Positions 54,056 through 62,879 of a stretch of DNA of 64,000 nt are shown here, in pieces. The position numbers were made by a program, and so were the translations under genes. Source of the DNA: Minisyncoccota bacterium. Its GTDB lineage: Bacteria > Patescibacteriota > Minisyncoccia > Phycocordibacterales > Phycocordibacteraceae. Below the pieces are notes generated by a model. It searched no databases. It was not told the origin of the DNA and worked only from the letters and a program-made list of their open reading frames with translations. The stretch is from NCBI GenBank assembly GCA_035531495.1, contig DATKSU010000006.1, positions 1,821 through 65,820 of the forward strand, in the 5' to 3' direction. Position 1 is the stretch's first letter. Every line of letters begins with the position of its first letter.

Positions 54056-55233
54056 CTTGGCGGATACGCTTTTTGCGCCTCAGCGACCGTCTTCCCGAAT
54101 GCGGGAATATCGCGCGCGACCCGCATGATGCCGCTGCCGAGAATGGTGCCTGACGATATCTGTTTGGAAAGCCAGTACTCGAAGGACGGCAGGGTTCCCT
54201 TGGCCTCAACGGGAACGAGGAGCATCGCGGTCTGCGTCACGCCGCCCTGTCCGTACCGTCGTATGATGGATATCGCGTAGCTGACGCGGATGATGAAATT
54301 ATACGTCGTAACCTTGTCGACGATGGCGGAAGGAGCGGCGGACGGATCGCTATACGTGACGGCTGACTGGTAGAGGGAATCTATCTGCGCATCAGCGGAG
54401 GTGCCGAGGAGCTGCGTCTCGAGGCTCAAGGCGAGCGCATTAAGATACATCAAGCGCGCGAGGTACATCCGTCCGGGATAGCTCGTGGGACTCGAGGGTA
54501 CGAGCTTCGTATTCGGTGCCGGCAGCGCATCGCCCTCGGCGAGCAGCTTTTGTATGTCCTGGCCATATGCGGTCGCCTCCGTCGTCGTAGACAGCGAACC
54601 GCGTAAGAGCGAATACTCCTGCGCGTACGTCATCGCGAGCTCGACCTTCGACCCGCGCGTCGGATAGAGGGTGTCGGCGACCTCGTAGAGCGAACGGATG
54701 CCGCGGAGCACGGAGAGCGCATACGGGTCGGCGCTCGTCGCGCTCTCGAGCGCAGGGTCGTAATAGCGCGAATAGGGACTCTGCGAGAAGACGAGCGTGC
54801 GGAAGGACGCCGCATCGAAATACGAAAGCTCGTAGGCGTAGCCGATCGAGGCGAGCGCCGCGGAACGTATCCAGGCGCCCACCTGGGCGTCAGAGCCGAT
54901 GCTCATGTAAGTCGCGAGTGCCTGCTCGAGCGCCGGCTTCGTACTCGGGTCTGCCGGGCTGTAGTTATCCAGGATCGTGTTCGCGAGGAGGAATTGCGCT
55001 TGCGCCTTCAGGTCAGCGTTCAGGATGTTCTCGGCAAGGAGCGTGTGCAGCTCCGCTGCGGCGCCCGAGATATCGCCGGCAGCGTATGACGCGCGTGCGG
55101 CCTGGAACTGCGCCTCCTGCGCAGTGAGCGTCGCCGCCTGCTTCTCTTGCCACAGGAAGACCGCCATGACGACAATCATAACGCCGAACGCGATGAGTGC
55201 TACCGAGCGGAGTATCTGGTTCGTGTTTTGCAT
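54052..55233 (-). CDS. membrane-anchored protein co-transcribed downstream of the Cys/Gly-rich precursor-like ORF
   Basis: Start at MQNTNQ (M22 of the track ORF) 11 nt after the precursor stop. It has an N-terminal TM and a large extracytoplasmic domain of unknown function. Confidence 0.55.
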   Translation of the reverse strand: MQNTNQILRSVALIAFGVMIVVMAVFLWQEKQAATLTAQEAQFQAARASYAAGDISGAAAELHTLLAENILNADLKAQAQFLLANTILDNYSPADPSTKPALEQALATYMSIGSDAQVGAWIRSAALASIGYAYELSYFDAASFRTLVFSQSPYSRYYDPALESATSADPYALSVLRGIRSLYEVADTLYPTRGSKVELAMTYAQEYSLLRGSLSTTTEATAYGQDIQKLLAEGDALPAPNTKLVPSSPTSYPGRMYLARLMYLNALALSLETQLLGTSADAQIDSLYQSAVTYSDPSAAPSAIVDKVTTYNFIIRVSYAISIIRRYGQGGVTQTAMLLVPVEAKGTLPSFEYWLSKQISSGTILGSGIMRVARDIPAFGKTVAEAQKAYPPS

Positions 55234-55244
55234 ACGCCGGAGAG

Positions 55245-55550
55245 TCAGCAACAGGCACCACCACCGCCACCACCGCCACCACCGCCGCCCGAGCAATCGC
55301 CGTCAGAACAGCTGCATGTACCGCAACAGGAGGAGCATCCGCCACCTGTGCTGGCAGGCGCAGCGACGTCAGCATGCGCGATGTCTGGGGAGAAAATGCT
55401 TCGCGAGAGGTTCTGGTTCATTTTCCCCGGGGTCCAGAGCTTTGTCGTCCCGTAGAAGAATACGGAGAGGAAGCCGAGCGGGATGGAAAGCGCGACAATG
55501 GCGCCTCGTATGAAGCTCCTCAAGCCGTTCGGGGTGCGCATCGTTGCCAT
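55245..55550 (-). CDS. candidate RiPP precursor peptide with microcin-B17-like Gly/Cys/Ser-rich C-terminal core (alternative start M44 at 55421)
   Basis: C-terminus GGGCSSCCGTCSCSDGDCSGGGGGGGGGGGACC. Located next to YcaO and SagB-like genes, with a TAGTAT -10 box 11 nt upstream. The poly-Gly run is encoded by a perfect (GGC GGT GGT) repeat. Confidence 0.6.
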   Translation of the reverse strand: MATMRTPNGLRSFIRGAIVALSIPLGFLSVFFYGTTKLWTPGKMNQNLSRSIFSPDIAHADVAAPASTGGGCSSCCGTCSCSDGDCSGGGGGGGGGGGACC

Positions 55551-55624
55551 AAGCTCTTGTCATACTATCGCGCCCGCCTGCGGTATCCGTCGAGCGCTGT
55601 GGATAAGCGAGCGTTTTCGCTGTT

Positions 55625-57094
55625 ATGATGGCTCCGATGCTGAAGGACATCATGCCGTTCGACCACGTATGGCCGCGCCTGCACGGGAAGTCGCGCTCCG
55701 GGCAAGCGACGGCGGCGTTCATCCGATTCCTTGAAGGCAAGCTTGGCGCCTCCGTCACCTACGACGCTGCGCGCATCGGATACGAATCGCCCGACCTCAT
55801 CGATCTGTTCGAGCTCGCCGAGCGGCTGCGGGCGGCGAACGTCGTCCAGCAGTACGCGAGAACGCGAAGCCTTCCCGACGAGCCGCGGCTCTCGCGCTGG
55901 CAGGCGCGACTCCTCATCCAGGGAGGACGGCGCGAGATGGCGAGCGGCGCATCGGCGGACGACGACCGGCACGCGCTCACCGTGACGCTCGCCGAGGCGC
56001 TTGAGCGCTACGTATGGCTCGGCTCTCTCGACGCGTTCCCGACGCTGCGCGTTGCGCGACTCGAGGACATGACAACCGACGCGTTCATCGACCCGAGACG
56101 CTTCGCCGGCTTCAGCGATGCGCAGTTGGACGAGCATCCGTCGCTGCGCATCGAGCCAGGAAGCTCGTTCAACTTGGTCTCGGGGCATTCGTGGACGCGC
56201 GGACGGGCGGTCTGGATACCCGCGCAGGCAGTAAGCGGGCACGCGACGCTTTTGCCGCGCGAGCAGAAGCACGTCGAACCGACCATCCGCCTCGCGATTA
56301 CGACCGGCCTCGCGACGCATCCGCAGCGCGCGAAAGCGCTCCTTTCGGGCGCGCTCGAGATTATCGAGCGCGACGCTTATATCATCACGTGGTTCAATCA
56401 GCTCTCGCCGCCGCGGATAGACGTCGATGAGCTCACCGGGAAACGGGAATCGCTCGCACGGCTCGTCGAGCGCTGCCGGCGGTATCGGCTAGAACCGCAC
56501 ATGCTCCGCTTCCCGACCGATGCGCCCGCGTATGCGCTCGGCGTCGTGCTCGAAGACGCGTCTGGCTCGCTGCCCCGCTTCACGCTCGGCTGTAAGGCCG
56601 ACCGCGATGCGGCGCACGCGGCGGAGGGCGCGCTCCTCGAGGCCATGCGGGCGCGCTCGAACACGCGCGAACTTGCGGTTTCGCTCAAGGACGACTGGGA
56701 TTCCGAGCGCAAGGCCGCCGATGTGGGGCACCTCGACCGTTGGCTCTACTGGGCGGAACCGGGCCGCGCGGAGCGCCTCGGTTTCCTCGTCAAGGGTCTC
56801 GTCCGGCCGCTCGCGCAGGAAGCGTGGGAGCGCGATTCGGACGAGGAGCATTTCCAGCGCATAACGGATTGGTGCCGGGAGCGCGGGTACGAGCTCGCAT
56901 CGGTGAGCTTAACGAAAGCAGCCGCGAACCTGCCGGGCTGGCACATCGAAATGGTCGTCATTCCAGAATTGCAGCCGATCAATCATTTCGAGAAGCTGCC
57001 GCCTGTCGGCGGAGCGCGCCTTACGGATATCCCGCGCCGGTTCGGATTCGAGCCGCGCGCGCCGTATCTCGCGGATCCGCATCCGTTCGCGTGA
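55625..57094 (+). CDS. YcaO-domain protein (azoline-forming cyclodehydratase-like)
   Basis: LAEALERY and GALEIIERDAYIITWFNQ motifs match the YcaO ATP-binding and catalytic blocks. C-terminal PHPF. Confidence 0.7.
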   Translation: MMAPMLKDIMPFDHVWPRLHGKSRSGQATAAFIRFLEGKLGASVTYDAARIGYESPDLIDLFELAERLRAANVVQQYARTRSLPDEPRLSRWQARLLIQGGRREMASGASADDDRHALTVTLAEALERYVWLGSLDAFPTLRVARLEDMTTDAFIDPRRFAGFSDAQLDEHPSLRIEPGSSFNLVSGHSWTRGRAVWIPAQAVSGHATLLPREQKHVEPTIRLAITTGLATHPQRAKALLSGALEIIERDAYIITWFNQLSPPRIDVDELTGKRESLARLVERCRRYRLEPHMLRFPTDAPAYALGVVLEDASGSLPRFTLGCKADRDAAHAAEGALLEAMRARSNTRELAVSLKDDWDSERKAADVGHLDRWLYWAEPGRAERLGFLVKGLVRPLAQEAWERDSDEEHFQRITDWCRERGYELASVSLTKAAANLPGWHIEMVVIPELQPINHFEKLPPVGGARLTDIPRRFGFEPRAPYLADPHPFA

Positions 57095-57104
57095 GTCGCT
57101 CTGT

Positions 57105-57860
57105 ATGGCCACATTCATCTCCCGCATCCATGCATACCTCCGGCGCGCGCGGGCGCCGCACGATACGCCCGCAAAGCAGCACTCCTCGCCGGCGAGCGCG
57201 GCGAAAGCATATCGCCGCATGCCGCGCATCGCGCTCCCCGCGCCCGGGGCGCTCTCCGTGCCGCTCCACCAGGCGCTCGGCGAGCGTGCATCGTTCTTCG
57301 AGTGCGCGGGCGGGCGGGCGCTCACGCGAGCGGAGCTCGGCACGCTGCTTGGCAACGCGCTCGGCATGCGCGACGGCGAGCGGCGGCGCTACCCGTCGGG
57401 CGGCGGGCTCTTCCCCATAGAGACGTATCTCATCGGGACCGTCCTCGAAGGGCATCCGCCCGGCGCCTTCCACTACCAGCCGAACGCGCACGAGCTTGAA
57501 TTCCTCTGGGAAACGCCCGCCGCGTTCGCGTCTTCCGATCTCATGCGTACGGAAGATGCGCCGCGCGCGCCGATTGTCATCGTCTTCACATCCGTCTGGG
57601 AACGCTCCGCAGTGAAGTACGGCGATTTCTCTTACCTGCTCGGCCTCCTCGAGGCCGGCCACATGGCGCAGAACCTCCTCCTCGCGGCGACGGCGCTCGG
57701 GTTCGGCAGCCGGCCGATGGCCGGTTTCGATGACGAGAGAATCGCGGCGCTCCTCGACCTCGATGAAAGCGTCGAGCAGCCCATCTATGCTGTCCTCCTG
57801 TGCCCGGGCGAGAACGGCGCTATGCGGAAGGCGCCGAAGCGGGAGACGAACGGCGAATAA
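57105..57860 (+). CDS. SagB/McbC-type FMN-dependent dehydrogenase (nitroreductase fold)
   Basis: RRRYPSGGGLFPIETY and C-terminal QNLLLAATALGFGSRPMAGFDDE motifs. Starts 10 nt after the YcaO stop, consistent with translational coupling. Confidence 0.7.
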   Translation: MATFISRIHAYLRRARAPHDTPAKQHSSPASAAKAYRRMPRIALPAPGALSVPLHQALGERASFFECAGGRALTRAELGTLLGNALGMRDGERRRYPSGGGLFPIETYLIGTVLEGHPPGAFHYQPNAHELEFLWETPAAFASSDLMRTEDAPRAPIVIVFTSVWERSAVKYGDFSYLLGLLEAGHMAQNLLLAATALGFGSRPMAGFDDERIAALLDLDESVEQPIYAVLLCPGENGAMRKAPKRETNGE

Positions 57861-57865
57861 AGAAA

Positions 57866-57888
57866 GGCCATGCGTCGCCGCATGGCCC
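57866..57888. terminator. bidirectional hairpin terminator
   Basis: GGCCATGCG-TCGCC-GCATGGCC perfect 9-bp stem in the convergent gap. Confidence 0.5.
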
Positions 57889-57905
57889 GGTCAAATCAAC
57901 CCGAT

Positions 57906-58550
57906 TCATTGCACGTGGTCGGACACGAGTTCTATGGTGAAGCGGTTATATAAGGTTCCGCCCCAGTTCGTGTCGTGGTATTCGAGCTTCACGTATGCCC
58001 TCGCCCGCGGCGAATACCAGATTGTCTCGTGCATCTGTCCGCTGCCGGACCTTGCGCCGAAACTCGACTGATAACCACCACCGTAGACGATTTTCAGCGC
58101 CTGGTAGCCGTTCACGGTCTCCCAGTCAATTACTTTCGCGGACAGGTCGTACGTGCCGCTCAGCACACTCCCGACCTTGTCGAACTTTGCCTTCGACTCC
58201 CACGTCTTGCCGACCGTGAGCGGGAACGCGAGGAGCTGGCTGTCGGGCGCGTACTTCATCGTCGATCCGGCGGCCGAGACGCCTGTGAGGGCGTTCAAGT
58301 CGGGTGTCTCCGTGACGTTCATCGTGCCGTGCTTCTCGGACTGGCGGACGAACGTGACGTTGGACCCGTCGATCTTCGAGACGGTCTGGGTGTAGGTGTC
58401 GACCGACGTATTACGCCAGTTGTCAATGACCTTGTACGTCCACGAATCGCCGACCTTTAAGACCGGCCGCTCCACTGCTGCAGGAGCGCCATCGGCACTG
58501 GCACAGAACATAGCTGAAACGAGTGCAAGAGCGAAAAGCTTCTGAGACAT
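57906..58550 (-). CDS. secreted protein, paralog of 51890-52510
   Basis: Signal peptide MSQKLFALALVSAMFCASA and a GAGGAGG SD 6 nt upstream, with a strong promoter further upstream. Confidence 0.6.
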   Translation of the reverse strand: MSQKLFALALVSAMFCASADGAPAAVERPVLKVGDSWTYKVIDNWRNTSVDTYTQTVSKIDGSNVTFVRQSEKHGTMNVTETPDLNALTGVSAAGSTMKYAPDSQLLAFPLTVGKTWESKAKFDKVGSVLSGTYDLSAKVIDWETVNGYQALKIVYGGGYQSSFGARSGSGQMHETIWYSPRARAYVKLEYHDTNWGGTLYNRFTIELVSDHVQ

Positions 58551-58603
58551 GACTGCCTCCTCATATTGGGGTTGCGGGCGCAAGGATTGCTCTCCCGGAT
58601 TAA

Positions 58604-58631
58604 GTTATACTTCAATAAGAAAAACTGTCAA
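58604..58631 (-). promoter_or_regulatory. sigma70-like promoter TTGACA-N16-TATAAC
   Basis: Perfect -35 and near-consensus -10 about 45 nt upstream of the SD-bearing start at 58550. Confidence 0.55.
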
Positions 58632-58644
58632 GGACGACGCTCGC

Positions 58645-60045
58645 CTACGAGGCGTTCAGCTGGTCGATATCCTGCTGGAACTGCGCGGCGAACTGCATCA
58701 CGCTATCGCCGTAGAACGCGAAGGCGGGATTGTTCGCTCCTGCCCATCCGGCGAAATAGCGCAGTGCGGCGAGCCGTTCGGCGGCGTAGGTCTGCGTACC
58801 GGCACCGTTGTCCGCCATGAGCATCGCGGTCGCCATGATGGCGTCCTGCGGGCTCCAGGGATTGCTCGGCGAAGAGCCGCTGGTGAGCGTGCGCACGCGG
58901 TCCTGGCTCGCCACGTACTGCCACGGCCCTTGCCAGAAGGCGCTGCCAGAGCCGGGGGGCGGCGTGCAGGTGCCGGTGTTCACGTTCACAAAGCCGCCGT
59001 AGCAGACCCAGGTCGACGGGATGAATTGCCCCGGACCCATCGCGCCGCCCCACCCGTAGGACGGGCGCCTCGAGACCGGCATCTTGTCGGGGTCGAAGCC
59101 GAGCGTCTTCGTGATGTAGACGAAGACCGGCTGGTCGCGCGTCGGATTCATGTCGACGCGCCACGTCCCCGTGCCGAGGTTCTGGCCGAGATTCGTCTCC
59201 TGCTTTAGGACCGCGAGGGTGAGCGCGGCGCGCGTGCCGGTCGCTTTCTCGGCCGCTTGCGCATAAGTCAGCGCCGTGCCGAACGGGATGGCGGCCGTGT
59301 CGCGCAGCTGGAAGAGCTCGGAGCGGATCTGTGCCGCCGTCTTTTGGTTTACGGCGATGAGCTTCTGGTAGTTCGCTTCGACGCCCTTTGTCTCCGCGAG
59401 GAGCTGCTGCTTTTCCGCTTCCTGCGATTGCACGGACTGCTTGGCGAGCTGGGCGACCGTGCGCAGCTGTTCCTCTTCCGCGAGCCGCGCCTGGAGCGCT
59501 TCCTTCTCGGCCTCGGTCGAGGAGCTCGTCTGTTGTATCTGATTGAAGGAATCCGCGAGCGCGCTCTTGATGGACGTGAAGGCGTCGAGGTCGCTGAAGA
59601 AGCCGGAGACATCCTGCGATCCGAGCGCGACCGAGACGACGGAGTAGCTGTCGAGCACCTGCGTCTGCCGCAATATCTGCGCGAGCGACTCCTTCTCCGC
59701 GGCGAGCTGCGACGAGAGCGAGGAGAGCGTCTGGTTATGCTGCCCGATGTTGTCGGAGAGCTGCGCGATGGTGATGGTGATGGCCTGGATCTGCAGCTGC
59801 GTCTTCTTGATCTCGGCGTCGAAGGCGTCGATCTGGCTCTGGAGCGTCTGGTGCTGGCTCTGGGCCTTGTCGAGGAGCGTCTGTTGGGTCGCAATCTGGC
59901 TCTCGACCTGGTCGAGCTGATTCTGGAGCTCCTGCTGGCGCTGCGCCACCTGGTCGGACACGCTCGTCGCCTGCGCGAGCGCCGCGAGCGGCGCGACGAG
60001 TATCAGGATGACGAAACAAGCGGCGACCGCGCGCACGTTCTGCAT
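58645..60045 (-). CDS. coiled-coil protein with C-terminal lytic transglycosylase-like domain
   Basis: Signal/TM N-terminus, about 200 aa of Gln-rich coiled coil, and a C-terminal GAMGPGQFIPSTW motif typical of MltB/Slt-like transglycosylases. TATACT sits 8 nt upstream of the ATG. Confidence 0.65.
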   Translation of the reverse strand: MQNVRAVAACFVILILVAPLAALAQATSVSDQVAQRQQELQNQLDQVESQIATQQTLLDKAQSQHQTLQSQIDAFDAEIKKTQLQIQAITITIAQLSDNIGQHNQTLSSLSSQLAAEKESLAQILRQTQVLDSYSVVSVALGSQDVSGFFSDLDAFTSIKSALADSFNQIQQTSSSTEAEKEALQARLAEEEQLRTVAQLAKQSVQSQEAEKQQLLAETKGVEANYQKLIAVNQKTAAQIRSELFQLRDTAAIPFGTALTYAQAAEKATGTRAALTLAVLKQETNLGQNLGTGTWRVDMNPTRDQPVFVYITKTLGFDPDKMPVSRRPSYGWGGAMGPGQFIPSTWVCYGGFVNVNTGTCTPPPGSGSAFWQGPWQYVASQDRVRTLTSGSSPSNPWSPQDAIMATAMLMADNGAGTQTYAAERLAALRYFAGWAGANNPAFAFYGDSVMQFAAQFQQDIDQLNAS

Positions 60046-60060
60046 GAACTAGCAGTATAG

Positions 60061-60088
60061 CAAACGAAAAACCCGCTCGCGCGGGCTC
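60061..60088 (-). terminator. intrinsic terminator downstream of rplY
   Basis: CCCGC-GCGA-GCGGG stem followed by UUUUUCGUUUG on the minus strand, then a TATACT box. Confidence 0.65.
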
Positions 60089-60107
60089 GTATCGCGTGAC
60101 GCGGAAC

Positions 60108-60767
60108 CTACGCGGTTTCGGCGGCGGGCGCTTCTCCTTCCTCGGCGGCCTTCTCCTTACCCTTCTCCTCGACTTCGATAGTCGAGAGATCCGCCGGCGC
60201 CGCTTCCTCTTCCTTCTCCTCGACGACTTCCTGCACGAGCACGATGACTTCCTCCGGTTCCGTGATGAGCGCGACACCCGCGGGGAGCATGAGGTCGCGC
60301 GCGTGTATCTGATCGCCAATCGCGGCGAGCGACGAGAGGTCGACCGTGATGTCGTGCGGGAGATTCATCGGGTCCGCCTCGACCAGGAGCTCGTAGAGCA
60401 CTTTCACGAGGTTCGCACCCGCCTCGACCGCCGGCGACTCGCCGACGAACTCGAGCGGGATGGCGACCTCGACCTTCTGGCCCTTCGTGACGGCGTAGAA
60501 GTCCACGTGGCGCGGCTGGTGCGAGATGGGGTCGAGATCGACCTCATGGATGAGCGTCGGGACGTCTCCCGCGCCGAGACCCGTCAAGGAGACGATGGTC
60601 GACTCGCCGGCCTCGGTGAGGACCTTCGCGAAGGCGCGCGCGTCGACGGCAATCGGCGTCGCTTCCTGGTTTCGACCGTAGACGACGCCCGGCAATTTCC
60701 CAGCGCGACGAAGCGCCGGCGCCTTCGCGCCGGCAGCCGCGCGCTTCTCGATAGCAAGCGTAGGCAT
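60108..60767 (-). CDS. rplY: 50S ribosomal protein L25 / general stress protein Ctc
   Basis: bL25 N-terminal domain RRAGKLPGVVYG plus a Ctc-type C-terminal domain and an acidic tail. Confidence 0.85.
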   Translation of the reverse strand: MPTLAIEKRAAAGAKAPALRRAGKLPGVVYGRNQEATPIAVDARAFAKVLTEAGESTIVSLTGLGAGDVPTLIHEVDLDPISHQPRHVDFYAVTKGQKVEVAIPLEFVGESPAVEAGANLVKVLYELLVEADPMNLPHDITVDLSSLAAIGDQIHARDLMLPAGVALITEPEEVIVLVQEVVEEKEEEAAPADLSTIEVEEKGKEKAAEEGEAPAAETA

Positions 60768-60804
60768 GATGAGCGACTATACGGGAACGGCACCCGAAAT
60801 GCAA

Positions 60805-61800
60805 TCAGGCCGCGAGTGCCGCGGAGACTTTCGCGAGCCGCGCGAGGAACGCATCGCGCGCCGCCGGCACGTTCTCCTCCTTCCCTTTCCAGAGCGCGAG
60901 CGCCTCCTCCTGGAGCGCGCGAGCATACGAGAACGTGAGCGGCCATGGCGCCCTTTTCCCCTTCGCCGCACGCGTGATGGCGGCGAGGTTTTCGGTCGCC
61001 TCGTCCGGCGTCTGGCCGCCCGAGAGGAAGACGATGCCTGGCACCGCGCGCGGGATGCACTTCATGAGCGCCGCGACAGTATCTTCCGCGACCTCCTCCG
61101 GCGCATCCTTGCGCGGGCTCTCGCTTCCCGAGAGCGCCATCGCGGTCTTCAGGATGACGCCTGACGGATCGACCGAGTGCTCTTCGAGCATTGAAAAGAG
61201 CGTGCTGAGCGTCGTTTCGATGACGGCGCGGGCGCGTTGGCGCGAGTGCTTCCCGTCGAGGAGCACTTCCGGTTCGAGAATCGGCACGAGGCCGGCGGCC
61301 TGCGCGTCTTTGGCGTAGCCGGCGAGCCGCGTCGCGTTCTCATGGATGGCCTGCGCCGAGGGCAGCCGGTCGCCGTCGATGCGGATGACCGCGCGCCACT
61401 TCGTGAAGACCGCGCCCTGCTTCTTGAAAGCCGCAAGTCGTTCGGGCAATCCGAAAAGGCCTTTCGTGATGAGCTCGTCCGGACTCTCGGGAAACGGCTC
61501 GGTTCCCTGATCGACCTTGATGCCGGGCATGACGCCGCGCGCGGCAAGCGATACCGGGAAAAGCTTCTTGTCACCGCCTTTCTGCGCGAGCGTCTCCTCG
61601 AAGAGGATGACGCCCGAGAGGTGCTCCTCGATACCGGGGGCGCCGAGGAAGAGGTCGCGGTACTGCCGGCGCATCTCCTCACTCGTCGCGATGCCGTACG
61701 AGGACAGGCGCTTGGTCGCCGTGTGAGTGCTCTCGTCAGTCGCGAGGAGCCCCTTGCCCGGTGCGACGAGCGCTCGGGCGATAGCGTTCAGGTCGGTCAT
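60805..61800 (-). CDS. class I fructose-bisphosphate aldolase
   Basis: LLATDESTHTATKRL and a Schiff-base lysine region (GIKVDQG). Start at MTDLNAIARAL (M30). Confidence 0.75.
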   Translation of the reverse strand: MTDLNAIARALVAPGKGLLATDESTHTATKRLSSYGIATSEEMRRQYRDLFLGAPGIEEHLSGVILFEETLAQKGGDKKLFPVSLAARGVMPGIKVDQGTEPFPESPDELITKGLFGLPERLAAFKKQGAVFTKWRAVIRIDGDRLPSAQAIHENATRLAGYAKDAQAAGLVPILEPEVLLDGKHSRQRARAVIETTLSTLFSMLEEHSVDPSGVILKTAMALSGSESPRKDAPEEVAEDTVAALMKCIPRAVPGIVFLSGGQTPDEATENLAAITRAAKGKRAPWPLTFSYARALQEEALALWKGKEENVPAARDAFLARLAKVSAALAA

Positions 61801-61880
61801 GAATCCATCGTAGCACGCGCACTCCGGCGCTTTCTCGCCGGTGGAGAAGGGACAGGAGCGCGTGCTACACTCGGCATCAT

Positions 61881-62873
61881 ATGGCACAGATGGATTTCGT
61901 CGCGATTGGCGACACGACGGTCGATGAATTTATCAAGCTCGAGAATGCGCAGGTGCACTGCGCTATCGACCACGAGGCGTGCACCATCTCGATGAACTGG
62001 GGCGACAAGATACCCTACGAGTTCTCGGTGCTCGTGCCGGGCGTGGGGAACGCGGCGAACGCGGCGGTCGCGGCGGCGCGCCTCGGCCTCGCAAGCGGCT
62101 TCGTCTCGAACGTGGGCTCGGACCGTTTCGGCGACGAGGTGCTCGCCGCCTTCGAGCGCGAGGGTGTGGACCGGCGCTACATCACGGTCAACGACGGCAT
62201 ACCGACGAACCATCATTACGTGCTCTTGTTCAATGCGGAACGAACCATCCTCATCCGGCACGAAGCGTACTCCTATAAGCTCCCGGACGGATTTGAGCCG
62301 CCGAAGTGGATTTACCTCTCCTCGGCAGGCGAGCAGTCGGAGGTTTTCCACGGCGAACTCGCCTCGTGGGTCGCCGCGCACCCGGAGACCAAGCTCGCCT
62401 TCCAGCCGGGCACGTTCCAAATGGAGATGGGCAAGGACAAGCTCGCGCCGCTCTACCGGGCGACCGAGCTCGTCGCCTGCAACAAGGAAGAGGCCGAGCG
62501 CATCCTCGAGATCGGCGAGACCGACGTGAAGGAGCTTCTCGACAAAATGCATAGCCTCGGCCCGAAGCTCGTCCTCATCACCGACGGCCCGAACGGCGCC
62601 TACGCCTCCGACGGTTCGCAGAAGCTCAAGGTGCCGATGTACCCGGATCCGAAACCGCCCGTGGATCGTACGGGCGCGGGCGACGCGTCTACCTCGACCG
62701 TCGTTGTCGCGCTCGCCCTCGGCAAACCGCTTGAGGAAGCGCTTCTCTGGGGTCCCGTGAATTCGATGTCCGTCGTGCAGGAGATCGGCGCACAGAAAGG
62801 GCTCCTCTCGCGCGAGGCGATCGAGAAGTATCTCGCCGAGGCGCCGGCGTCCTACGCGGTCGAACCGCTCTAG
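61881..62873 (+). CDS. PfkB-family carbohydrate kinase
   Basis: N-terminal GG-like motif IGDTTVDEF and C-terminal DRTGAGDA anion-hole motif. TACACT sits 9 nt upstream of the ATG. Confidence 0.8.
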   Translation: MAQMDFVAIGDTTVDEFIKLENAQVHCAIDHEACTISMNWGDKIPYEFSVLVPGVGNAANAAVAAARLGLASGFVSNVGSDRFGDEVLAAFEREGVDRRYITVNDGIPTNHHYVLLFNAERTILIRHEAYSYKLPDGFEPPKWIYLSSAGEQSEVFHGELASWVAAHPETKLAFQPGTFQMEMGKDKLAPLYRATELVACNKEEAERILEIGETDVKELLDKMHSLGPKLVLITDGPNGAYASDGSQKLKVPMYPDPKPPVDRTGAGDASTSTVVVALALGKPLEEALLWGPVNSMSVVQEIGAQKGLLSREAIEKYLAEAPASYAVEPL

Positions 62874-62879
62874 GGAGCG

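Noticed and set aside
54052-55296. N-terminal MLGRRWWRWWRWWCLLL extension of the track ORF for the membrane protein
   Set aside because: This is an artefact of reading the (GGN)n precursor tract in another frame. The real start is MQNTNQ at 55233, after the precursor stop.
55595-55610. Perfect DnaA-box (TGTGGATAA / TTATCCACA) in the YcaO-precursor intergenic region, and DnaA-box-like TATCCACC in elements A and B: could this be oriC?
   Set aside because: Only isolated boxes with no cluster, no AT-rich DUE, and no dnaA or dnaN nearby. gyrB here is not in a dnaA-dnaN-recF-gyrB context. The boxes are more likely coincidental or regulator sites.
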